Shown here: positions 52,902 to 61,256 of the stretch, one piece after another
Layout of the letters: every line of letters begins with the position of its first letter
Position numbering within the stretch: position 1 is the first letter of the stretch
NCBI GenBank assembly: GCA_965198235.1
Contig: OZ240248.1
Span: 2,048,001 to 2,112,000, forward strand
Source of the DNA: Candidatus Poribacteria bacterium
Lineage (GTDB): Bacteria > Poribacteria > WGA-4E > WGA-3G
DNA length: 64,000 nucleotides
Reading direction: 5' to 3'
Position numbers and translations under genes: made by a program
The notes under the pieces: model-generated
What the model was told of the DNA's origin: nothing
Databases searched by the model: none
What the model saw: only the letters and a program-made list of their open reading frames with translations

Positions 52902-54053
52902 ATGAAAACATATCGGATCGGAATTTTAGGATGTAGAGGACGCGGAACATCAGCAGCACGGGCATATTATGCGCATCCACGGACGGAGATTGTCGGACTC
53001 TGTGATCTGGTTGAAGAACGTCTCGACACTCTGGGCGAGGAAGTCAATGTCACCGCGCGGTTCACCGATTTAGATGAGATGATTCGGCAAATCCAACCCG
53101 ACATTGTGGCGATTCCCACCGGCACGGAATTTCACTACGATCTGTGCATGCGCGTGCTGGAACATGGTGTCAACATTGAGGTGGAAAAGCCGATGTGTGT
53201 GGATCTCGTACAAGCGGATGCCGTTATCGCTAAAGCGAAGGAAAAAGGCGTGCAGGTCGCGGTACACCACCAAGGCAGAGTCGGTGCGCCTATGCAGTCG
53301 ATCTCACATGCCTTTGATGCCGGAAAGATCGGTGAGTTGCGCTACATGTACGGCAGTGGAAAAGGCTACTACGGCGGCTACGGCTTGATGAACATCGGCA
53401 CACACATGCTCAACAACATGCTCCACTTCGGGAAGAGATGTCAAAGTATTGTAGCACACCTGACGACGGGCGGGAAACCGATTATGCCTACAGATGTCGT
53501 CCCATCGCCGAGCGGTATGGGGACAATCGCAGGGGAATATATCTCGGCAACGTTGCAGTATGAAGGTCACGTCACTGGAACTCTACTCCAACATAGGTTT
53601 GACAAAATGGATACCAACGGGTATACTATGGAGCTTTACGGCACTGAAGGAAGGCTCTTCTGGGGACTCGGTGGCGCATGGTGGCTACCGACACCACACT
53701 ATGTCCCTGACGGCACACACGACCAGTGGGAAGCGTTGGAACTTATCTATCCTGAACACTACGATCCCGAAAGTAGTGCCGCAGAAGCGGATTACTGGTT
53801 TGTGGAGGACTATGTCAATGCTTTAGATGAAGGGAGAGCACATACGTGCAGCGGCACGGAGGGACGACATATCATTGAAATGATGATGGGCATCTTTGAG
53901 TCGGCGGCGGACGGCACACGCGTTGACCTCCCGCAACCCGACCGGCGGCATCCGTTGTTACGGTGGCGTGAGGAAGCCGGGTTGGATTCACCTGCAGAGA
54001 TGCCGAGAGCGTATTGGGACTGGCTAACATTGGAATCCGAACGGATTAGTTAG
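52902..54053 (+). CDS. Gfo/Idh/MocA family oxidoreductase
   Basis: RIGILGC, GLCD, VEKP, NIGTH; AAGGAG RBS. Confidence 0.88.
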   Translation: MKTYRIGILGCRGRGTSAARAYYAHPRTEIVGLCDLVEERLDTLGEEVNVTARFTDLDEMIRQIQPDIVAIPTGTEFHYDLCMRVLEHGVNIEVEKPMCVDLVQADAVIAKAKEKGVQVAVHHQGRVGAPMQSISHAFDAGKIGELRYMYGSGKGYYGGYGLMNIGTHMLNNMLHFGKRCQSIVAHLTTGGKPIMPTDVVPSPSGMGTIAGEYISATLQYEGHVTGTLLQHRFDKMDTNGYTMELYGTEGRLFWGLGGAWWLPTPHYVPDGTHDQWEALELIYPEHYDPESSAAEADYWFVEDYVNALDEGRAHTCSGTEGRHIIEMMMGIFESAADGTRVDLPQPDRRHPLLRWREEAGLDSPAEMPRAYWDWLTLESERIS

Positions 54054-54072
54054 TCTGTAGTTAACCTTTAAC

Positions 54073-54121
54073 GGTAGGTGCGGTTTCCTTGGGGAAACAC
54101 CCAAGCAAAAACACCGCACCG
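54073..54121 (+). repeat. REP-like hairpin with an M1-filled loop
   Basis: ggtaggtgcggtttc|cttggggaaacacccaagcaaaaac|accgcaccg. Confidence 0.8.
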
Positions 54122-54290
54122 AATTCAACCAAGTAGTTTCGGGACGTGCTGACTTGCTATAAATAGCACTACTACAAGCACATCTGTTCGTAGTAGGGAG
54201 CCCCTTCATCGCCGGTCGCCGATCCAGATTACTCACTCTATTTTCTCAACCTCATTCAACCGCATCGGATCCAAATTATAAGGGATACAC

Positions 54291-55250
54291 CTACATTATC
54301 TCCGCGATGATTGTGTTTGTCTGCAATCCCGACTCACCAGTACACCGGATCGGTTCACCCGTCTTGAGGTGATTGATAAAGTCTTCTACAAGCCCCGTGT
54401 GCGTGTGCGGAAACGGGGTTTGGTCCATTGCAATCTGCTCATCCGATTTTTCCAACGTCAGATTCCCGCTATTCAGCGGCGAACACCTTAAAACCCCTTC
54501 TGTGCCGTAGACCTCAACATCGTCGATTGAGACACCGACGTTCCAATTGATGTTCGCAACGGCATGCGCGCCACTCTCGAAGCGGAGCGTAAACGCAGTG
54601 GAATCATCGACCTCAATATCCAGATGCACGGTCTCCGCGTAGCCTTGGACAGATTCAACCTCTCCCATCAGATACTGAAGGAGCGAGATACGGTGGCTAC
54701 CGAGATCCATCAGGACACCGCCACCACTGATTTTGGGATCCACCCGCCAACTATGCAGATCGTGCCGATTCGGATCATAGAAACCGGTGTGATTGACCCG
54801 CGCCAGTACCACATCACCGATAGCACCCTCATCCATCAACGCCTTCATCTTCACGATATTTGGATAGAAATTGCGGTAATAGGCGAGCATCAAGGTAACA
54901 CCCGCGTCGTGGCAGGCATCCACCATCCGCTGACACTCTTCAACCGTCATCGCCATCGGTTTTTCGCAGAGGATGTGCTTACCGGCTTCTGCCACACGGA
55001 GCGTATGTTCGCAGTGAAGATATGGGTGCGTTGCGATGTAGATCGCATTGAGTTCGTCATCTGCCAGAAGTGCGTCTATATCGGTATAGAATCGTTTCGC
55101 ACCGTGTCTCTCGGCGAAGGATTCCGCTTTGGCGCGGTCCCGCCGCATCACAGCGATGAGTTCCGAATCACCGACGCTGTAAAGGGGCGGTCCGCCCTTA
55201 TATTCAGCGACATCGCCACAACCGAGTATTCCCCATCTCAGTGTTGCCAT
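54291..55250 (-). CDS. Gfo/Idh/MocA family oxidoreductase
   Basis: RWGILGCG, HILCEKPMA, SGGGVLMDLGSH. Confidence 0.9.
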   Translation of the reverse strand: MATLRWGILGCGDVAEYKGGPPLYSVGDSELIAVMRRDRAKAESFAERHGAKRFYTDIDALLADDELNAIYIATHPYLHCEHTLRVAEAGKHILCEKPMAMTVEECQRMVDACHDAGVTLMLAYYRNFYPNIVKMKALMDEGAIGDVVLARVNHTGFYDPNRHDLHSWRVDPKISGGGVLMDLGSHRISLLQYLMGEVESVQGYAETVHLDIEVDDSTAFTLRFESGAHAVANINWNVGVSIDDVEVYGTEGVLRCSPLNSGNLTLEKSDEQIAMDQTPFPHTHTGLVEDFINHLKTGEPIRCTGESGLQTNTIIAEIM

Positions 55251-55335
55251 GAAATCTGTTCCTCATCGTTAGTGAAAGGTAGCCGCTGAAAGCGGCCTGT
55301 AAACACCCGCTACGATACCTCAAAAGCAGTGCAGG

Positions 55336-55794
55336 TTAGCGCGAGTCGTTGCCGTTCGTAGTTACGATTATGCCTAAAGTTTGCCAAAATGCCTCAAGGC
55401 TCGGTGTCTGTAGTGCCTCACGGCGTAACTGTCTGAGACGTTGCACGTCGTTAACGTACTCAAGCGTTGATGCCACCGCTTGCAAGTTGCGTGCATTGAA
55501 ACGAACCTCCAGATTTTCAAGAATACCCTCAATAAGACTCTCTCGTGTTCCGCGTTCAATGCCTTGTTCAATGCCTTGTTCAATGCCTTGTTCAATGCCT
55601 TTCTGCAGGAAATGTTGGATAACTGATGATTCTTGCATGATCGTCTCCATTATCGTTTCACGAATGGTTGGATAATCAAATACTAATCCGCCCAAAATCG
55701 CTAAATCTGCCAAATAATCCGCCTTTGCTATGTCATCCTGTGGTACAGAGTCGGCGGCTTCAACGCATTGCCGGATCCACTCCTCCGGTTCCAT
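55336..55794 (-). CDS. C-terminal portion of an Rpn/DUF4351-like protein (stand-alone or truncated)
   Basis: MQESSVIQ..., GIEQ x3 (12-bp repeat), LEVRF; no nuclease domain; own TTGACA-18-TAGACT promoter at ~55810-55839. Confidence 0.65.
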   Translation of the reverse strand: MEPEEWIRQCVEAADSVPQDDIAKADYLADLAILGGLVFDYPTIRETIMETIMQESSVIQHFLQKGIEQGIEQGIEQGIERGTRESLIEGILENLEVRFNARNLQAVASTLEYVNDVQRLRQLRREALQTPSLEAFWQTLGIIVTTNGNDSR

Positions 55795-55903
55795 AAAGTG
55801 AATTGTTAAAGTCTAACACACATTGACTGTGAGTGTCAAACAATTTTGGCTGTGTATCGCGGAATTATCATGAAAGGGAAAAACCGAATGGGACTGTTCG
55901 TTT

Positions 55904-56131
55904 TCAGAAGTGTTTTGAACGTCTGGCTCGGACCCTAAAGTTGCGTTCGCCCTTGTAACCGAGTATCTGCAGGACTTCGTCCCACAATTCCTTTTCAGCC
56001 CAGCGGTGGATATTGCGTTCGGTTGTGTTGAGTTTCGTCGCGATTTCTTTTGCGTCGCGGGTATGTGTCGCAAAAAGACCTGCTGCAACGGTGATGCGGA
56101 TGTCTGTTTCGACTTTACTACGTTTGGGCAT
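55904..56131 (-). CDS. Small putative HTH DNA-binding protein
   Basis: AKEIATKLNTTERNIHRWA resembles an HTH; basic C-terminus. Confidence 0.55.
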   Translation of the reverse strand: MPKRSKVETDIRITVAAGLFATHTRDAKEIATKLNTTERNIHRWAEKELWDEVLQILGYKGERNFRVRARRSKHF

Positions 56132-56472
56132 AGATTATTTCCAATCTTGAAAGTGTAGAATGTATCCTGAGACCGTTAATATTAAAGGTGAGTTCAATAT
56201 CAGGAATAGGCATGTGTCAAAAGGAGAACCCCTTGATTTTTGCTGTCCGCTATAAAAGGATTTTTTATGAAAGTTTTCCTTAAAAATGTTACACTGGTGT
56301 AACATTTAGTGTACAGTGAATATCGGCGGAAAACCCAGTGAATATCAGGGGCCATAGGCTTTTCTTTTTTGGTTTTCCGCGGTGAAAAAAATAATTTAGC
56401 GGAAAGTGTAACATTTTGGATGTTGTGAATCTCACAAAGGTAAAATTTTATCCTTATTCCCAGTATAGTATA

Positions 56473-56501
56473 ATTATATCATGTTTTCGCGCGGGTGTCA
56501 A
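56473..56501 (-). promoter_or_regulatory. Sigma70 promoter facing the HTH gene
   Basis: Perfect TTGACA-17-TATAAT with extended TG. Confidence 0.7.
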
Positions 56502-56634
56502 TTTCTTTTACGATGTTCACGGACTTTCATCCCAATCCTTCAGGTTTGGGATGAAAGTCCGCCCTCGTGAATAAGACCGAGGCGTTGTTTAAAAAATAAG
56601 CGTGACTTTGCTATTAAAATGTGTTATAATTAAT

Positions 56635-56718
56635 GTATCACGTTGGCAGACATTCATAGCATAATCGCAAGGTTATGTGTCTGCCTACCCACTCTGAAGG
56701 GGTTAAAAAGCGCGATAC
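56635..56718 (+). ncRNA. Structured RNA in the tnpB 5' leader (copy 1)
   Basis: Four stems with compensatory changes relative to copy 2; preceded by GTGACT-17-TATAAT. Confidence 0.65.
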
Positions 56719-56728
56719 GTGAACTCCA

Positions 56729-57838
56729 GTGAAAACAGAGAGATATGAGTTATATCACCAGTCACATACGATCGTTATCGGCAATCTGTTAGCCGATATG
56801 CACCAAGTGCATGTCCACCTCCTAACGTTGCAGCGAAGGTATTTCCGTATCTACGGTAAATATGCGTCTTTTGAACGGATATGCAAACATATCACGAAGT
56901 TAAAACAACGGACAAAACCGCATTGGAAACAACTTCCAAGTCAAGCGATCCAAGACGTTGCGAAGCGTATTGATTTAGGATACCAGCGTTTCTTTGATAA
57001 TATCGAAGATCGTCAGTCTGGTAAAACGACACGACGAGTGGGTAAACCGCATATCAAACCGCAGCATAAATACACCTCTATAACATTGAAACAAGCGGGC
57101 TATAAGATTGAAGGCAATCGTATCTATATCGGCTGTCTAAAAAAGTCGTTCACCTTTTGGAAACACCGTGACTTTACTGGCACGGTCAAGAGAGTCACAA
57201 TCAAACGTGATAATGTCGGTGCTTATTATTTAACAATCGTCTGTGAGGATTCTGAACCTACTGAAGCCCTCCGACTGACAGGTAATGTAGCAGGGGCGGA
57301 CTTCGGTATGAAGACGTTTTTGACCCTTTCAGACGGTATCAAGATAGAATCCCCCGAGTTCTATAAGCAAAGCCTGAATGAAATCCGTTCAGCAAATAAA
57401 GCACTCTCACGAAAGCAATATCTCTCTAATGGTTGGTATCGTGCGAAACGCCACCTCGCACGTGTCTATAAGAAGATCGGCAATAGAAGGCGAGACTGGT
57501 TCTTCAAGTTGGCCCTGCGTCTTCTGCGAAAGTATGATACGCTTGCGATTGAAACCCTGAACCTTGATGGCATGAAACGCCTGTGGGGTCGGAAAGTCTC
57601 TGATCTCGCCTTCGGTGAGTTTGCTCTCATACTTCAGTGGATATGTGCGAAATACGGTAAAACATTGGCAAAAGCAGGACAGTGGCAACCGACGACAAAA
57701 GCCTGTAACGTCTGTGAGCATAAGAATGAGACGCTCACACTTGCGGACAGAGACTGGACATGTCCGAAATGCAGCACCTCTCACGATAGAGATATAAATG
57801 CTGCGAAAAACATTTTGCGGGTAGGGGTAGCGGTCTAA
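56729..57838 (+). CDS. tnpB: RNA-guided endonuclease TnpB
   Basis: RuvC GADFG / IETL / DRDINAAKNI; Zn finger CNVC...CPKC. Confidence 0.93.
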   Translation: MKTERYELYHQSHTIVIGNLLADMHQVHVHLLTLQRRYFRIYGKYASFERICKHITKLKQRTKPHWKQLPSQAIQDVAKRIDLGYQRFFDNIEDRQSGKTTRRVGKPHIKPQHKYTSITLKQAGYKIEGNRIYIGCLKKSFTFWKHRDFTGTVKRVTIKRDNVGAYYLTIVCEDSEPTEALRLTGNVAGADFGMKTFLTLSDGIKIESPEFYKQSLNEIRSANKALSRKQYLSNGWYRAKRHLARVYKKIGNRRRDWFFKLALRLLRKYDTLAIETLNLDGMKRLWGRKVSDLAFGEFALILQWICAKYGKTLAKAGQWQPTTKACNVCEHKNETLTLADRDWTCPKCSTSHDRDINAAKNILRVGVAV

Positions 57839-57969
57839 CGAGACCATAAAACCGATCTGATTCGGAATAAATCCCCGCAGGTGGAGCGACAATAAGACGT
57901 TTGACCCTTTGGGAAAAACGCAGTTGCTATGAAACCGAAGCCCAACCCTTTAGGTTTGGGTGCTATCAC

Positions 57970-58287
57970 AATCAGAAACTCGGTTTCGAGACAGATCTCC
58001 TCATCCCGGAAGAAGATCCATTTTTTGGGATCGTGAGTCGTGATGATGTCCGGATTCTGCTCAAACATATCACCGAGGATGTCCATCCAGTTCCAAACCA
58101 CACCCGACACGAGTGGGCGAGATGGGACGCTTTCATACTGGTTTCTGATCCTGACGCGTTGTTTGCTGAGTTCCAGTCCCGTGGCTTAGAGTTCCACGAA
58201 ACCCTCGCAGACACCGACGACGGTCTCCGTGCTTTTGAACTCAAGGACCATGATGGGTATGTTTTGTGTTTTGGGAAACCGCTTTGA
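57970..58287 (+). pseudogene. VOC/glyoxalase-bleomycin resistance protein, 5'-truncated at the IS right end
   Basis: NQKLGFE...V.DPDALF.EF..RG...GLRAF...D.DGYVL.FG. Confidence 0.75.
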
Positions 58288-58461
58288 ACGGAGAATCGTC
58301 TGAATCAGGATTTACGAGATTTTAAGATTGCCAGGATAAGCGCGGCACGCTGCATTGAAATCCTACGCCACACCTCGCCTTGTAAAAATGTAAAGGATAC
58401 AAAATTAGAATTCATCTGTTATTTCTTTTTAAGCTAAATCTAATAAGCGGCGGCAACATTG

Positions 58462-58701
58462 TTAAGAAGCTCCGGCACGGTGAGACGGTACATCAATAAC
58501 AATTTCGTTTTGAAGCGCGCGTACGGCGTAGGCGAGTACCGCCCGAATGCTTTTCTCACTTAGATCCGGGTAATCTGCAATGATCTCCTGATTTGACATA
58601 CCGCTTGCTAATAATCCCAATATATGTTCAACACTCAGACGAGTGCCTTCAACAACTGGCTTTCCACCAAGGATTTCTGGATCCGCAATAATTCTAACCA
58701 C
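58462..58701 (-). CDS. DUF433 family antitoxin-like protein
   Basis: RIIADPEILGGKPVVEGTRLSV...YPDL; GAGG RBS before GTG 58701. Confidence 0.88.
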   Translation of the reverse strand: MVRIIADPEILGGKPVVEGTRLSVEHILGLLASGMSNQEIIADYPDLSEKSIRAVLAYAVRALQNEIVIDVPSHRAGAS

Positions 58702-58908
58702 AATTTTTACCTCTCTATTGGAAAATACGTTAACCTTATCTAACCTTCCGAGACTAAAACCCAATCCTTTAGGTTTGGGATACAGTCTGTCCCTTGTGAA
58801 TGAGACCGTGGGTCTCTGTTGAAAAAAGACTTTCGGAAAGCACCCCACACAGTGACTGTGTCGGGTGACTTTCCGTGACTTTTAGCCAAAAATGTGGTAT
58901 AATTAAGA

Positions 58909-58990
58909 GTATCACAGTGGCAGACAGTTCAAGCGTAATCGCAAGGTTACGTGTCTGCCTACCCACTTGAACGGGGTAAAACTCTGTGAT
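58909..58990 (+). ncRNA. Structured RNA in the tnpB 5' leader (copy 2)
   Basis: Same fold as 56635-56718; GTGACT-17-TATAAT at 58875-58903. Confidence 0.65.
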
Positions 58991-59041
58991 CTGTGAGATA
59001 CCCTGCGAAACACAAAACACAAACTTTTCAAGGATAAGACG

Positions 59042-60217
59042 TTGCGTCACCTGCACGACGAGTGCAATATCTCTGGCGTTGTCAAGAATCACTTCCTTGC
59101 GCTGTCTATGCGATATTACCGCCGCTATGGGAAAGGCGTGTCGTATTCCAAAATGTCGAAGCATTTGACGAAACTGAAGCGTCTTGAAAAATACCAGCAT
59201 TGGAATATTCCCTACTCATGGGCGTTGCAAAATGTTCTCAAGCGTCTGGAAACCCAGAGTTTCAAAGAAATAAAAACGCTCGGTAGAGGTCACCCGAAAT
59301 TCAAGTCCTGTCAGAAACACAAAGGGATGACGTTTCGCGGTGAACAGGTCAAAATAGAAAAAGTGCTGGACGCGCAAAAACACGAGAGGAACCACCCGAC
59401 GTATAAAATCCGACTCAACGGTCGTTGGTATCGGTTTGCTCTGCACCGTGAAATCAAAGGCATCATCATTGAAGTTCATGTAACGAGGGACGCACTCGGA
59501 GATATGTATATCACCCTGACAGAAGACTATACCGAAATTAAAATTGAACCCAAGACGGGTCAAGCTGAAGGGTTTGATTTTGGTATTAAAGACTTCTTGA
59601 TCGGCAGTGATGGTCATAGATATATGTCTCCGATGTTCTACAAACAGAATGCTGAAAAGTTGGCGACAGCACAAAAGGCGTATTCTCGCAAGGTCAAAGG
59701 TTCTCAGAATCTCGAACGCGAACGCAAGAACGTTGCACGTATCCATAAGAAGGCTGCGAATCAGAGAGCAGACCACCATTGGAAACTTGCGATAGAACTT
59801 TGTCGTCAGTTTGACATCCTGTTCTTTGAAGATTTGAACCTTCGCGGCATGAAAGCACTCTTTGGCAAACAGGTATCTGACCTTGGTTTTGGTGAGTTCT
59901 ATCAGAAACTCAAACACCAGAGTCACAAGCGTATCCGCTCTGTGCTGAAAATCAATCGGTGGTCTCCCACCACAAAGTGCTGTTGTGTGTGTGGAGATAA
60001 AAATGAAAATCTCACGCTATCAGATCGTCACTGGACGTGTCCAAGTTGTCATACACACCTGGACCGCGACGAGAACGCTGCTATGAACATTCTTAAGGAA
60101 GGGATAGCTTCCTTTGGGTTAGGAGTTGTAAGACCTATTGTTTTGTTTAACAAGATCGTAGGCACCTCCGTTGAATCTAACCATCCGATTCTGAATTCCA
60201 CAAATGCTTCTGCTTAA
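59042..60217 (+). CDS. tnpB: RNA-guided endonuclease TnpB (frame is open from CTG 59003)
   Basis: GFDFG / FEDL / DRDENAAMNI; CCVC...CPSC. Confidence 0.93.
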   Translation: MRHLHDECNISGVVKNHFLALSMRYYRRYGKGVSYSKMSKHLTKLKRLEKYQHWNIPYSWALQNVLKRLETQSFKEIKTLGRGHPKFKSCQKHKGMTFRGEQVKIEKVLDAQKHERNHPTYKIRLNGRWYRFALHREIKGIIIEVHVTRDALGDMYITLTEDYTEIKIEPKTGQAEGFDFGIKDFLIGSDGHRYMSPMFYKQNAEKLATAQKAYSRKVKGSQNLERERKNVARIHKKAANQRADHHWKLAIELCRQFDILFFEDLNLRGMKALFGKQVSDLGFGEFYQKLKHQSHKRIRSVLKINRWSPTTKCCCVCGDKNENLTLSDRHWTCPSCHTHLDRDENAAMNILKEGIASFGLGVVRPIVLFNKIVGTSVESNHPILNSTNASA

Positions 60218-60434
60218 TGATTGCAGAAGCCCAAGTCTTTAGACTTGGGTCTATCACAAGCCACTGTGCGGCACTTTCTGGGTAAGGTATCGCATCAATA
60301 AATTCTTGGGCGAAAGGTTGTGTCGATGCAAGTAACGCACGCTTTGGGAGACCGTGTGTTAAGACGGGTGGTCCAAAAGGCATGAACGTTGACAATATAT
60401 TCTGTGGCGTTTGCATTCCAGTTGACATTGTTTG

Positions 60435-60536
60435 TTACCTTTGTTCCATCAATTCAAGCCAACGGAAAAGTCCTGATCTGGAGGTTGGATGTCTTTGGGC
60501 AAATTCAGTGAGTTTTTGTTCTGCAATAATTTGCAT
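60435..60536 (-). pseudogene. HigB-like toxin N-terminal fragment
   Basis: Manual translation MQIIAEQKLTEFAQRHPTSRSGLFRWLELMEQR* resembles HigB starts; the next ORF (60428) is cut by the IS. Confidence 0.55.
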
Positions 60537-60955
60537 CAATAAGTTGTCTCAAATTGGAAAATGACGACCCAGCTGAACTTGAACGTTCCGATAGGAATGT
60601 TATCGTGTACGACCCTAAGATTCCACTTTCTGTCCTGTTAGGTACGGTGAAATTATACACTGACTCGCAACGGATTGCAAGAGAAAAGGAGTGTCAAGGA
60701 ACCAATCCTAAAAGATAAGAGCATTTAGTTTCAAAAATACCGATACTATAAGTTAAATATAATTTCACATTCGTTTTTTCACGGAGAAGGGGTATGTTGA
60801 ATCCTGGGAACCCACGGCCCACCTACGACGATAAAAACCTCCGTGAAGCCTCCGTGAAAATCAGAGTATTCCTACCTTACGAATTCTAACAAACGCCGAT
60901 ACAAACGTAACAACAATTAGAGTAGATTTTAGAATGACTTCGGCACGGTAAAGAA

Positions 60956-61018
60956 GCGAGGTGTTTTTGATAGGGGGACTTCGCTTGGGATTTTGATTGG
61001 GTATTTCTGCGGATTTCC
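60956..61018 (-). repeat. M1 concatemer
   Basis: Reverse strand reads ggaaatccgcagaaatacccaatcaaaatcccaagcgaagtccccctatcaaaaacacctcgc. Confidence 0.75.
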
Positions 61019-61163
61019 GATAGGTGTCAATTTTATAAAAAACTGCATCGTAGGTTGGGTTGAACGGGGACTACCAAACCGATGCCGATTCACTGAAAAA
61101 TCGCCTCGTTTCCATACTCGCGTCCCGACTGACTGCCGACTGCTGATTGCTGACGGCTTATAA

Positions 61164-61221
61164 CACATCTCCGCTTGAAAACTTACCCAAAGCACAGTAT
61201 AATAGACGCAAACTTGTGCTG
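61164..61221 (+). repeat. Duplicated promoter segment (second copy at 63197-63255)
   Basis: cacatctccgcttg(a/c)aaacttacccaaa(g/a)cacagtataatagacg(c/g)aaacttgtgctga, containing TTG..A-17-TATAAT. Confidence 0.8.
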
Positions 61222-61256
61222 ACGGACTATTCCACAGCACATCAGCAGGAGCGGGA

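Larger units (their letters stand above)
56512..57969 (+). mobile_element. IS200/IS605-family element, TnpB only (IS1341-type), copy 1
   Basis: Left hairpin 56521-56560; right end GAAG-CCCAA...TTGGG-TGCTA-TCAC; TTAC lies 19 nt before the left core hairpin; no tnpA. Confidence 0.85.
58740..60257 (+). mobile_element. IS200/IS605-family element, TnpB only, copy 2
   Basis: TTAT target, AAAA guide before the left hairpin CCCAATCCTTTAGGTTTGGG; right end GAAG-CCCAAGTCTTTAGACTTGGG-TCTA-TCAC. Confidence 0.85.

Noticed and set aside
56729-60217. Nuclease-dead TnpB (TldR-like repressors) or Cas12
   Set aside because: All three RuvC acidic residues are present in both proteins, IS ends are intact and there is no array
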